From NCBI GenBank assembly GCA_049523555.1, contig JBEKMU010000002.1, positions 1 through 63,174 of the forward strand: DNA of 63,174 nt, written 5' to 3'. The position numbers were made by a program, and so were the translations under genes. The DNA comes from Verrucomicrobiota bacterium (lineage in GTDB: Bacteria > Verrucomicrobiota > Verrucomicrobiia > Limisphaerales > UBA11358). The stretch's first letter is position 1. Each line of letters starts with the position of its first letter. The notes below the pieces were generated by a model. That model saw only the letters and a program-made list of their open reading frames with translations. It had not been told where the DNA came from and searched no databases. Below are positions 46,784 to 55,359 of the stretch, piece after piece.

Positions 46784-48238
46784 CTAAAACCGCTTCCACC
46801 ACGAAAACCATTTTGAGATTTTTTCGTCTGGTTCAAGTGGTGGCAGCGTTATCCGTCGAAATCCTTTTTCGCAATGCACCAGCACACATTCATGGTCGCG
46901 GAGCGCGCGGAGTTGATACGGCTTGATTTTGTGCTCCTCGGTTTCGGAATAATTCACATTGCGCTTTCCGGCACTCGAACCCCATGAGCGTTTGAACACA
47001 CGTTTTTTGCCGAGAAAATCGGCAGCTTGAACCGCGTCGGCTTCATCGGCGGAACGGAAAATCATCCGGTTGCGAAGATTCAACGTCAGCACTTTGGATT
47101 TGTCGTTTCCCAAAGGCGGGATGAGCGATGTGGTGGACTGCGCGGCGGCGACGATGGTGGCGCCCGCCTCGCGGATCACGTCCACGCAATTGTAATCGCT
47201 CGTGCCGTCCTCGCTGGCCGTCATAAACCGCTGTGCCTCGTCCGCCCACAGGATGAGCAGATTGTTTTTGCCACGCTGATTTTTGGCCTGGTCAAACCGG
47301 CGCAGCGCATGATGGTAAAAAAGCAGTTTCAAAAAGGTGTTCACATACCGCCGCTCGGTCTGGAATTTCTGCGGCATGGTGACGAGGATGATTTTGCCGG
47401 TGTCAATTGCCGAAAAATCGAAGGTGCTGTTTTCGACGCAAAAGATTTCCGCCACTTCGGGCGTCAGGAAGTATTGCAGATAATTCCCGATGGTTTCCCG
47501 GACGCCGCCAAGCTGTTCCGCCGGCTGGTCGAGGAAACGGTGTTTGAAATGGAAATTCAGGGCGTAACGGCGTGGCGTCTGCAAGGGAAGTTTGTTCAAA
47601 AATTCCAATTCCTCGTCCAACTTCGGTTTGCTGGAAAGCAAATCCAGCGCGCCGGATAACGTCACGGGCCGTTGCAATTCGGCGAGCAATTCCAAAGCAT
47701 AAGCGATGTGCGTTTGCGCCTGATTTTTGAAAAAACCTTTGTCCCCGCCCTGGCCAAGACTGGTGGCCGTGTCCACCACAAATTTCGCATACGTCGTGAA
47801 TGGGATGCTGCGGTCGCCGGTGAGATTGAACCGATGCAATGATTGTTCGTTTTGGCCGTCGGCCTGAATTTGCAAATGAATTAAATCGGTTTCGCGTTGA
47901 TAGTGCCGCGCCATCGCCGAAAGCGTTTCCCAATAGACGCCTTTTTCATCAATGCACAGGCCGCCCCATTTGTCCTCGTTTTGAAACACCTGGTGCGCCA
48001 GTTGGTTGATGCCGGAAGTGGTCTTGCCGGAGCCGGTATCGCCGGTGATGAGCCAGCCGCGGCAGAATTGATTTCGTCTCCAAGTCAGGCCGCCAAGTTG
48101 GGCGACATGGCGTTTGCCTAGCAAAACCCTCGCGGTGATGATGAGCAACAAAAGGGCATATCCAAGCGCGAAGCCGCGCAGTGATTTGGACAAGGCTGGA
48201 AGATGAACCGGGTGGAACGGGATGAAATCAAGTTTCAT
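46784..48238 (-). CDS. virD4: Type IV coupling protein (VirD4/TraD/TraG family)
   Basis: N-terminal TM helix, Walker A 'ITGDTGSGKTTSG' and Walker B-like 'LLILWADEAQRF'. Confidence 0.8.
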   Translation of the reverse strand: MKLDFIPFHPVHLPALSKSLRGFALGYALLLLIITARVLLGKRHVAQLGGLTWRRNQFCRGWLITGDTGSGKTTSGINQLAHQVFQNEDKWGGLCIDEKGVYWETLSAMARHYQRETDLIHLQIQADGQNEQSLHRFNLTGDRSIPFTTYAKFVVDTATSLGQGGDKGFFKNQAQTHIAYALELLAELQRPVTLSGALDLLSSKPKLDEELEFLNKLPLQTPRRYALNFHFKHRFLDQPAEQLGGVRETIGNYLQYFLTPEVAEIFCVENSTFDFSAIDTGKIILVTMPQKFQTERRYVNTFLKLLFYHHALRRFDQAKNQRGKNNLLILWADEAQRFMTASEDGTSDYNCVDVIREAGATIVAAAQSTTSLIPPLGNDKSKVLTLNLRNRMIFRSADEADAVQAADFLGKKRVFKRSWGSSAGKRNVNYSETEEHKIKPYQLRALRDHECVLVHCEKGFRRITLPPLEPDEKISKWFSWWKRF

Positions 48239-48570
48239 AAAAACTTTCCGATGAGAAAACCGGCGAGCGCGGCGGTGAAGGTGGCAATGATGGCGGTCGG
48301 CAACTCCACCGCCCGAATTTCTTTCAATGCCCGTTCCTTCAAAATCTTTGTGGCTTCGGTCAAAGCCGCAATGTCTTTTTCAAATTCATCGAGCGAAGGC
48401 ATCTGCCGGTGGCGGATTTCATCCCAATGGTTTTGGTGAATCCGAAACAAATCCAGTAATAATAAAATCGGGTCATCATCCTTGATTTTGAACTGCTCCT
48501 TCCATTTGGCGATGGCCAGCAAAAAATCCTCATCAAAGTCAGGCGGCGTTGTCTGGTCAGGCGTGTTCAT
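48235..48570 (-). CDS. hypothetical protein with C-terminal TM helix
   Basis: Start taken at the internal Met 'MNTPDQ', overlapping the ParA-like stop. C-terminus 'LPTAIIATFTAALAGFLIGKFL'. Confidence 0.45.
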   Translation of the reverse strand: MNTPDQTTPPDFDEDFLLAIAKWKEQFKIKDDDPILLLLDLFRIHQNHWDEIRHRQMPSLDEFEKDIAALTEATKILKERALKEIRAVELPTAIIATFTAALAGFLIGKFL

Positions 48571-49268
48571 GATTTTCCCGGCAGCAACAAGTCGGTGACG
48601 GATTCGATTTGGGCGTAAAATTTGCGCTGCCACGTTTGCAGCCGCTGACGGTCCAGCAAGTGCATGTGGCCGTCGGCCACGGCGGGCGTGATGGTGAGAT
48701 TGTTGTGACTCAATTCCTCCACAAGCCAGGGTTGCAATTTGGACATGGTGATTTCCTTTGCGCCAAGCTCCCTTAACAACCGCTTGCGGATGACCGTGTT
48801 TTCAAAAAAAGGGAAAGTATCGCTGTGAACGGTGTTCCGCAGCACGACGTAGGAACACACGTTTTTGAGTTTGTCGGTGACGCGGTTAAGCTGGTCAATG
48901 CTGTCCGCCTCCTGGTTGATGGGCATGATGAGTGTCAGCGCGGTGGACAAGTTTTTAAGTGTCAGCGGCAAATCAATATCGTCGAAATAATTGAAAAAGA
49001 CCTCGGTGGACGCGGCGCGGCAGTCAACGACTACGAGATCAGTCTTGTCCAGCGCGCGAATCATGGCGTCCAGTCCGCGCGGATGGGACAAATCCAAAAA
49101 TTGCACGTCGTCGCCATGAAAGCGTTTCAACGTGGAGTTTTCGTTGTCGCAGTCGCAGGCGGCGAACTGGATATTTTTGTCTTTGAGGTATTGGACGAAG
49201 TTGACGGCAAAGAAACTTTTGCCGACACCGCCCTTGCCATTAAAAATTAAATCAAGGCGTTTGGTCAT
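48567..49268 (-). CDS. ParA/MinD-family P-loop ATPase
   Basis: Deviant Walker A 'NGKGGVGKSFFAVN' at the N-terminus. Confidence 0.8.
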   Translation of the reverse strand: MTKRLDLIFNGKGGVGKSFFAVNFVQYLKDKNIQFAACDCDNENSTLKRFHGDDVQFLDLSHPRGLDAMIRALDKTDLVVVDCRAASTEVFFNYFDDIDLPLTLKNLSTALTLIMPINQEADSIDQLNRVTDKLKNVCSYVVLRNTVHSDTFPFFENTVIRKRLLRELGAKEITMSKLQPWLVEELSHNNLTITPAVADGHMHLLDRQRLQTWQRKFYAQIESVTDLLLPGKS

Positions 49269-49720
49269 ATTGTTTCTCCGGGTGGTAGTTGCTCAACTTT
49301 GGCAATTCGAGGCCCGCGCGACGCGAACGCAGAGGTTTCCGTCGGCACAGGCGCGGGTTTTGGGGTCATGGCCGGCGCGGGCGGCGGCGTGAGTTTGGCC
49401 GGAGCAACCGGCGCGGTTTTTTGCGAGTTGGCACGGTTAGCACGATTCGCTGGACGGCGGTTAGCGGATGATTTGCGCGGACGTTTTTCATTCAAAAAGC
49501 GGTGGCAGAATTTCATGACGGAAACATCGGATGTGGGAATGCCATTTTGGGTTAGCAAATCGCTAATGGAGCGGTAGGAAACGCCCTGCTTGCGGAGCGC
49601 GGCAATGTCTTCCTTGAGGGTTAGCAACCGCGAAGCACGCAAGTTGGCGTTTTGGGTTAGCAATGCCGCAGCATGGCGAAAGCGATCCAGTGCATCAGGC
49701 GGAATAGCATCGAGGTTCAT
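49265..49720 (-). CDS. HTH-containing protein with Pro/Ala-rich tail (candidate iteron/centromere or oriT-binding protein)
   Basis: 'LRKQGVSYRSISDLLTQNGIPTSDVSVMKF' resembles a resolvase-type HTH. First gene of the operon, directly downstream of the iteron array. Confidence 0.5.
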   Translation of the reverse strand: MNLDAIPPDALDRFRHAAALLTQNANLRASRLLTLKEDIAALRKQGVSYRSISDLLTQNGIPTSDVSVMKFCHRFLNEKRPRKSSANRRPANRANRANSQKTAPVAPAKLTPPPAPAMTPKPAPVPTETSAFASRGPRIAKVEQLPPGETI

Positions 49721-49725
49721 AACGC

Positions 49726-49832
49726 GATTAGCATGGGCATAGCAAATTGGTTAGTGGCCGGCGCAAGCATTGAGTTAGCACTCTGGTTAGCATTGCGGTT
49801 AGCAATTGAGTTAACATCGCGGTTAGCTGGCA
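49726..49832. repeat. Iteron array: 9 units in strict 12-bp register, consensus nnnnGGTTAGCA
   Basis: Octamer starts at 49726, 49737 (degenerate), 49749, 49762 (degenerate), 49773, 49785, 49797, 49809 and 49821. Additional GGTTAGC copies at 49435, 49459, 49549, 49619, 49655 and 49880. Confidence 0.75.
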
Positions 49833-49941
49833 ATGTTCGCGGGCCGATTTGCACGCGAATGGCAAATGCACCCCGGCGCGGTTAGCGCAGAATCCTTCGG
49901 TAACGAAGGGGTAAAGCTTACGTGCGAAAAAAGGTTCATTC

Positions 49942-50451
49942 TCATACTGATTGAGCCACTTGCTGCTTCCGCTGTTGGAGCAATTCTTCACGCCAGTTTT
50001 GCAACTGCATGGAGACCTTTTCGATGTGGCTGGTTTGTTCGATGGTTCGGGCTTCGATGTGCCCGGCATATTGGTCGCCCAATTCCGTATCCGGCAATTG
50101 CATGACGGAGTGGGCGGCGTGGTCGTTGATGCGCTGGTCGAGCATCTTCAAGACTTCGATGGCGGTGCGTAATTCGGCGGTGGTGGGTTGCATGGTGATA
50201 CGGGGCTGTTCCAGGGGCCGTGTTGCTGACTCCCGGATTGATTTGGTTTGTTCGGCGGTGAGTGGATGCGCCCAGGTATCATCGAGGCCAAGCCGGGTGG
50301 CAGCTTCCTCGGCGGCGATTTTCGTTGGCGCTGCGACAACCGCGCGCAACGGATCGCCCATGACGCGGGCGTATTCCCGGTCGGTGAAGTAAATCCCCCA
50401 TAGTTGTTCGCCCGGCTTGGGCGTCGGAGGCATGGACTGGTTTATTTTCAT
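49942..50451 (-). CDS. hypothetical protein divergent from the relaxase
   Basis: The ORF is open to 50559. The internal Met 'MKINQSMPP' is preferred because the upstream part spans the palindromic operator. Confidence 0.45.
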   Translation of the reverse strand: MKINQSMPPTPKPGEQLWGIYFTDREYARVMGDPLRAVVAAPTKIAAEEAATRLGLDDTWAHPLTAEQTKSIRESATRPLEQPRITMQPTTAELRTAIEVLKMLDQRINDHAAHSVMQLPDTELGDQYAGHIEARTIEQTSHIEKVSMQLQNWREELLQQRKQQVAQSV

Positions 50452-50478
50452 ACCACCAGTAAACCAGCTTTTTTGAAT

Positions 50479-50505
50479 CACTTTGTTCATTTTATGAACA
50501 AAGTG
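50479..50505. promoter_or_regulatory. 27-bp palindromic operator candidate (copy 2), 29 bp upstream of the relaxase start
   Basis: CACTTTGTTCAT-ttt-ATGAACAAAGTG. The extended ~40-bp block is shared with 20702-20744. Confidence 0.6.
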
Positions 50506-50533
50506 AAAACGGGGCTTTGGCATACTTTCCTTC

Positions 50534-53344
50534 GTGGTTACGGCCAAAACGCAATACAAATTGACGAACGCAAAGGAATACTTTGAGGAGCATCTTTGCG
50601 TGGGGGATTACTATGATGAAGGGCAGCGGGTGACAGGCCAGTGGTTCGGCCTGGGTGCGGAACGGCTCGGTTTGTCCGGCAAAGTCGGCGCGGAAGCATT
50701 TCTGCGTCTCTGCGAGAACCTGCATCCGGCTTCGGGCGACACATTGACGCCACGCCTGAATACCATGCGGATGGATAAGGCCGGGGGCAACGCCACCAAT
50801 CGCCGGATTTTTTACGATTTCACGTTCTCGCCGCCCAAATCGGTTTCGGTCGCCGCATTGGTCGGCGCGGATAACCGGATTTTGGAAGCCCATGCCCAGG
50901 CCGTCCGGTCGGCGATGAAGGAATTTGAAGCCTTCGCCACAACGCGCGTGCGGGTTGGCAAGGCGGACTGTGACCGCTCCACCGGCAATTTTGTCGCCGC
51001 CGCGTTCACGCATGACACCTCCCGCGCCCTGGACCCGCACCTGCACACGCATTGCATCGTCTTCAATGCAACTTTTGATGCCGTGGAAAACCGCTGGAAG
51101 GCGCTGCAAAATTATGAACTGCTGCGGGCGCGGAAATTTGCCGAGAACGTCTATTACCATGAACTCGCCCGCAAGCTGCGCGGGTTTGGTTATGAGATTC
51201 GCAACCTGGCGCGCGGCGATTTTCAAATCGAAGGCATTTCGGAAGCGGTCTGCGAACGCTTTTCCAAACGGGATGCGGAAATTGACAGGGCATTGGCGAA
51301 ACTGCTGGCCGATAAGCCGGAATTGACGGGCGCAAACTTCAAGGCGTTGCGCGCTCAACTGGCGGTCGAGACGCGCGCTAAAAAACAAAATGATTTGAGT
51401 CGGGCGGAATTGCGGATGCTATGGGACTCACAATTGAATGAGACCGAACGCGCCGCCTTGCGCCAGCCTCCGAAACATTCGGAAAAAATCACTGGCAACC
51501 GGATGAGCGTGGGTGAAGCCGTTCAGTGGGCGGAGGATCATCTGTTTGACCGCAACTCGGTCGCGCTGGAATGCCAATTATGGCAACAGGCATTGGACCG
51601 GGGGCGCGGTGAAAATTTCTCCGTGGATGAACTCAAGGAAGTTACCCGCCAGCGTCCGTATATTCGCAATTCAGAACGTCCCGCTGAAGTGACGTTGCGG
51701 GAAGTGCTGTTGCGGGAAATGGAAATTGTTCAAACCGTCAAGGATGGCGCGGGCAATTGCCGGCCATTGGTGGAACATTCCTACACGGCCAATCCAAAGC
51801 TGGATGCGGAGCAACGCCTGGCTCTGGATGCGCTGCTGCGTTCCACCAACGCCGTTTCCCTTTTCCGTGGCGGCGCGGGCACGGGTAAAAGTTTCGTCCT
51901 GCGCGAGCTGGTCGAGCAAGTCCGGCATTCGGGCAGGCGCGTGGTCGTCCTCGCGCCGCAACGTCAGCAAGTGGTGGCGATGGAACAGGCGGAATTTCCA
52001 TCGCCGACGACGGTGACAAGTTTTTTGCTCAAACATGAACTGGTTGAGGGTGCGGTGGTCGTGGTGGACGAGGCCGGGCAGATTGGCGGTCGTCAAATGT
52101 CTGAATTGCTCCGGCTGGCGCATGAGCGAAATGCGCGGGTGATCCTGTCAGGCGACACGCGCCAGCATGGAGCGGTTGAAGCGTCGGATGCGTTGCTGGC
52201 CATTGAACGGTATTCCGGCGTCAAGCCGGTCGAACTCCACACGATTCGCCGCCAAGACCCGGCGCTTGGCCGCAGTAAGAAAGAAAGTTCCAAGATCAAG
52301 CAGTATCGCAAGGCAGTCGAAGTGGCGGCGGCAGGCAAACTGGCCGAATCGTTTGAACGGCTGGACAAAATGGGTGCGGTGGTTTCCTGCGGGTTGGGCG
52401 AGCAAGCCGACAAGCTGGCCGATGAATATGTCCGGCTGGCGGAAGAAAAGGCTTCCGCCGTCGTGGTATCGCAGACCTGGGCGGAAGTGCATCGCGTCAA
52501 TTCAAAGGTGCGTGATGGACTTAAAGGGAAGGGATTGCTCGGTGCAAATGATGTCACTGTTGAAGCATTGGACAAGCTGGATTTAACGAACGCGCAGAAG
52601 CGTGACCAGCGATTTTATCCGAAGGATGCGGTGGTTGTGTTCAACCAGAAGGTGCGGCAGGCTGAACAGGGAAAGCGTGGGAAACTGGCGGGCATCGTCA
52701 AGGCCGGGATTCTTATCAAGATTGGTGGTAAAACTGTCATTATCTCAAACAAGGTGCTTGATAAAATCACCGTTTGCCTGCCGCGCGAAATTCCCGTCGC
52801 GCAAGGCGACAAATTGCATCTCAAGGCCAATCGCAAGCTGGCCTCCGGCGCTCGCGTCACCAACGGCGAATTGGTCGTCGTCAAATCAGTTCACGCCAAC
52901 GGGAAAATTGAGCTAACCGACGGCCGGGTTCTGGACAAAAGTTTTCGTGAATTTCTGCCCGGCTACGCCGTCACGTCCTACGGCTCACAGGGCAAGACGG
53001 TGGATTATGTTCTTTTTTCCGATTCCACCATCAAGGCGGCTACCAACGCGCAACAATGGTATGTCACCATTTCGCGCGGGCGGCGCGGCGTCCGCATTTT
53101 CACGCCGGACAAGGAGCAATTGCGCGAGAATTTGGCGCGTTCCGGCCACAGGCCGCTGGCGTTGGAATTTGCCGGTGGCCTGCGCCCGCTCAATCACAAT
53201 CCGCTTTGGGACCGGCTGCATGGCTGTCTCCTGCGGTTTGGCCGACATGCCGCCAATACGTTTTGCCGATTGAAACAATCCCGTCATCATTCTCAACCAG
53301 AACAAAAACATGAACACCAAATCTCCCGAATGTTACATCACTGA
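50534..53344 (+). CDS. MOBF-family relaxase-helicase (TrwC/TraI type)
   Basis: N-terminal 'AKEYFEEHLCVGDYYDEG', His-triad 'HDTSRALDPHLHTHCIVFN' and RecD-like helicase 'FRGGAGTGKSF' and 'VVVDEAGQ'. Confidence 0.9.
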   Translation: MVTAKTQYKLTNAKEYFEEHLCVGDYYDEGQRVTGQWFGLGAERLGLSGKVGAEAFLRLCENLHPASGDTLTPRLNTMRMDKAGGNATNRRIFYDFTFSPPKSVSVAALVGADNRILEAHAQAVRSAMKEFEAFATTRVRVGKADCDRSTGNFVAAAFTHDTSRALDPHLHTHCIVFNATFDAVENRWKALQNYELLRARKFAENVYYHELARKLRGFGYEIRNLARGDFQIEGISEAVCERFSKRDAEIDRALAKLLADKPELTGANFKALRAQLAVETRAKKQNDLSRAELRMLWDSQLNETERAALRQPPKHSEKITGNRMSVGEAVQWAEDHLFDRNSVALECQLWQQALDRGRGENFSVDELKEVTRQRPYIRNSERPAEVTLREVLLREMEIVQTVKDGAGNCRPLVEHSYTANPKLDAEQRLALDALLRSTNAVSLFRGGAGTGKSFVLRELVEQVRHSGRRVVVLAPQRQQVVAMEQAEFPSPTTVTSFLLKHELVEGAVVVVDEAGQIGGRQMSELLRLAHERNARVILSGDTRQHGAVEASDALLAIERYSGVKPVELHTIRRQDPALGRSKKESSKIKQYRKAVEVAAAGKLAESFERLDKMGAVVSCGLGEQADKLADEYVRLAEEKASAVVVSQTWAEVHRVNSKVRDGLKGKGLLGANDVTVEALDKLDLTNAQKRDQRFYPKDAVVVFNQKVRQAEQGKRGKLAGIVKAGILIKIGGKTVIISNKVLDKITVCLPREIPVAQGDKLHLKANRKLASGARVTNGELVVVKSVHANGKIELTDGRVLDKSFREFLPGYAVTSYGSQGKTVDYVLFSDSTIKAATNAQQWYVTISRGRRGVRIFTPDKEQLRENLARSGHRPLALEFAGGLRPLNHNPLWDRLHGCLLRFGRHAANTFCRLKQSRHHSQPEQKHEHQISRMLHH

Positions 53345-53660
53345 TACACAAGCGCGTTGCTTGCGCGTTCAAATGACGGCAACCCGTTGGCTCGTGCTGC
53401 CGCTGGATCAATTCGTTTTTGCTGATCTGGACAGTGACGGCAAGGAACAAAAACTCCGTTTGGTTTTTGCCACGCATGAAATTTTGATTTCCGGCCACGT
53501 TTTGCAGCGGATTGAAACGGCCATTCACCGGCTGGAATTGTCCGGCCTGATGAAATTGCCGGAGAAATATCACGCGTTGATTGGCGAAGGTCAGCCAAAA
53601 ATCCGGGACATTGTGGTCACTGAAAGCAAACCTGCTTCTGGACAGAGTCAGCTTAACTGA
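53310..53660 (+). CDS. hypothetical protein
   Basis: 116 aa. Overlaps the relaxase 3' end by 35 nt. Confidence 0.45.
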   Translation: MNTKSPECYITDTQARCLRVQMTATRWLVLPLDQFVFADLDSDGKEQKLRLVFATHEILISGHVLQRIETAIHRLELSGLMKLPEKYHALIGEGQPKIRDIVVTESKPASGQSQLN

Positions 53661-53776
53661 GCATCACAGGTTTGGGAATTCTGTGTGGAATCGCGGTAAT
53701 TCTTTGGCTCGCGGTTTCGGTCTGCCTACTGGTGATGAAAATGTCACCCCCTTCGGGCTTTTGACGAGCCTGAATT

Positions 53777-54109
53777 GTGTGTAGGTTGGACGCCGTGAAA
53801 AACAAATGGGATTATCTCTGCCGGCTGAAATTAGCAATTGAGCAATTGCACAAGTGCTCTGCCCGCTATCTTCGCACTCAATCAGTTGATGAAATAATCC
53901 GTGGGGAAACGGTGTGGATTGGAGACGTTGAGGTTTATGCGCTCACCGGACATCCCAAAGCCAAACGTTGCTACGCATGGAAACGCCGCGAGGAAAAGAA
54001 TGACGAGGCCGAACGGTTCGTTGTCATGCTGAAAATCCCGCCTGTGATTTCACCAGAAACCGCCGTCCGTATTTCAATCGCCGCCAGTGTCAGAAAGGAC
54101 GAGAAATGA
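53777..54109 (+). CDS. hypothetical protein
   Basis: 110-aa ORF. 'VWIGDVEVYALTGHPKAKRCYAW' resembles a widespread small conserved hypothetical family (from memory). Confidence 0.4.
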   Translation: MCRLDAVKNKWDYLCRLKLAIEQLHKCSARYLRTQSVDEIIRGETVWIGDVEVYALTGHPKAKRCYAWKRREEKNDEAERFVVMLKIPPVISPETAVRISIAASVRKDEK

Positions 54110-54127
54110 GAGTTTATGAACTGTGTT

Positions 54128-54439
54128 TCAGCCCTGATGGTGTTTTTTTGGTGGCAGTTCGTTCGATGCTTTAATCATTTCGTCCAATAACTTTTTGAAT
54201 TCTTCCAGACCAGTTGAGGGAATAATGATGGTGTCGTGGCGATCACCAACGCCTTCGGTAATGCGTAGAAGCCGTCCGCGCAGGTTTTCCTTGAGTGTAA
54301 AGACAAAGGTCTTGCGCTCAATCTGCACCTGGTTGGATTTAAGCGTGTCTTCCTGAACGAATGGACGCAGTGGCTGTGACGCATGGGGTTGGTGATACGG
54401 CGGGCGGTGGAAGGGTGAGGGGCGTTCGTTTGAAATCAT
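54128..54439 (-). CDS. PUR-alpha/DUF3276-like ssDNA/RNA-binding protein
   Basis: 'IERKTFVFTLKENLRGRLLRITEGVGDRHDTIIIPSTGLEEFKKLLDEMI' fits the PUR repeat pattern (F.f.lkeN.rGrflrItE ... ip..gl.eF). Confidence 0.65.
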   Translation of the reverse strand: MISNERPSPFHRPPYHQPHASQPLRPFVQEDTLKSNQVQIERKTFVFTLKENLRGRLLRITEGVGDRHDTIIIPSTGLEEFKKLLDEMIKASNELPPKKHHQG

Positions 54440-54495
54440 AAAATCGCGCGTTGCTTCTGACGCGCCAGCATGACGAATTTCATTTCCGCCTTCAA

Positions 54496-55026
54496 CTATT
54501 TATATTTTACAATGGCGTCATTGATGCTCACCACGATCTTTTCAATGTAAGCCTTGTTTTTGGAAGTGAGCGCATGGACTTCGCCCGCCGTGCTCGCAAG
54601 ACAGACATGATACGTGGGTTTTGCCCTGCACATTCCAAAGATAGTTCCACAAACAATGATGCCGGCAGCCGCGTAGGTGATGATCGCCGATGGAGAGATT
54701 CCACCGTATGAAAGAAATTCCCCGATGAAGAAAAGGATGATGCCAACAAAGAGAAGCAGGATTGCCCCCAAAACCCCTGGCGGTGTGTATGTCATGCTTA
54801 CTGACGTGATGTTTCGCAGCGCATAGGTCGTTCCGCCAATAACCACTCGTGTTGTGGTTACGGCAACAACATTGTCGAAATAAATCCTTTGCTCCTGCGT
54901 TTGAGTAGGCAGCGGCGGCGGCACGGGTCGCTGCTGTGGTGCGCCACAATGCGGACAAGCGATGGCTTCCGTGCTGACGGATTGGCCGCATTCCCTGCAT
55001 TGGATCAATGCCATAGGCCAACACAA
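54496..55026 (-). CDS. Zinc-ribbon membrane protein
   Basis: 'CRECGQSVSTEAIACPHCGAP' zinc ribbon followed by two TM helices. Confidence 0.6.
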   Translation of the reverse strand: MCWPMALIQCRECGQSVSTEAIACPHCGAPQQRPVPPPLPTQTQEQRIYFDNVVAVTTTRVVIGGTTYALRNITSVSMTYTPPGVLGAILLLFVGIILFFIGEFLSYGGISPSAIITYAAAGIIVCGTIFGMCRAKPTYHVCLASTAGEVHALTSKNKAYIEKIVVSINDAIVKYK

Positions 55027-55099
55027 ATACTCATTGGGCCTAAAAATGAAAAGTCAACAAAGCGATTGCACAAAATTATGGCGGCCTTGCCTTGATTTT

Positions 55100-55201
55100 G
55101 CTTCGGCCTGCGGTTTGGCGAACGGGAAAGTGGAGCGCAGACGCAGAGACAATTGGAACGGAGCGGAGCGAAACGACCGTCGGCAAACCGCAGGCGGAAG
55201 C
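55100..55201 (-). ncRNA. Conserved structured element, copy B
   Basis: Arms GCTTCGGCCTGCGGTTTGGCG / CGGCAAACCGCAGGCGGAAGC. Loop GTGGAGCGCAGACGCAGAGACAATTGGAACGGAGCGGAGCGAAACG. Homologous to 24565-24668. Confidence 0.55.
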
Positions 55202-55359
55202 ACGCCGATCATTCGGCGCCATGCGATGCCGCTCGTGACGAGCGCGCTTTTTGCGAAACGGAACGGGCGTGGTCGTGAGGGAAACAGGGCCGACCGTCAG
55301 CCCGTGAAGTGCAGCAAGAAAGCGCGTTGGTCACGGCGGAAGGCTGGTGAAAAAACATT

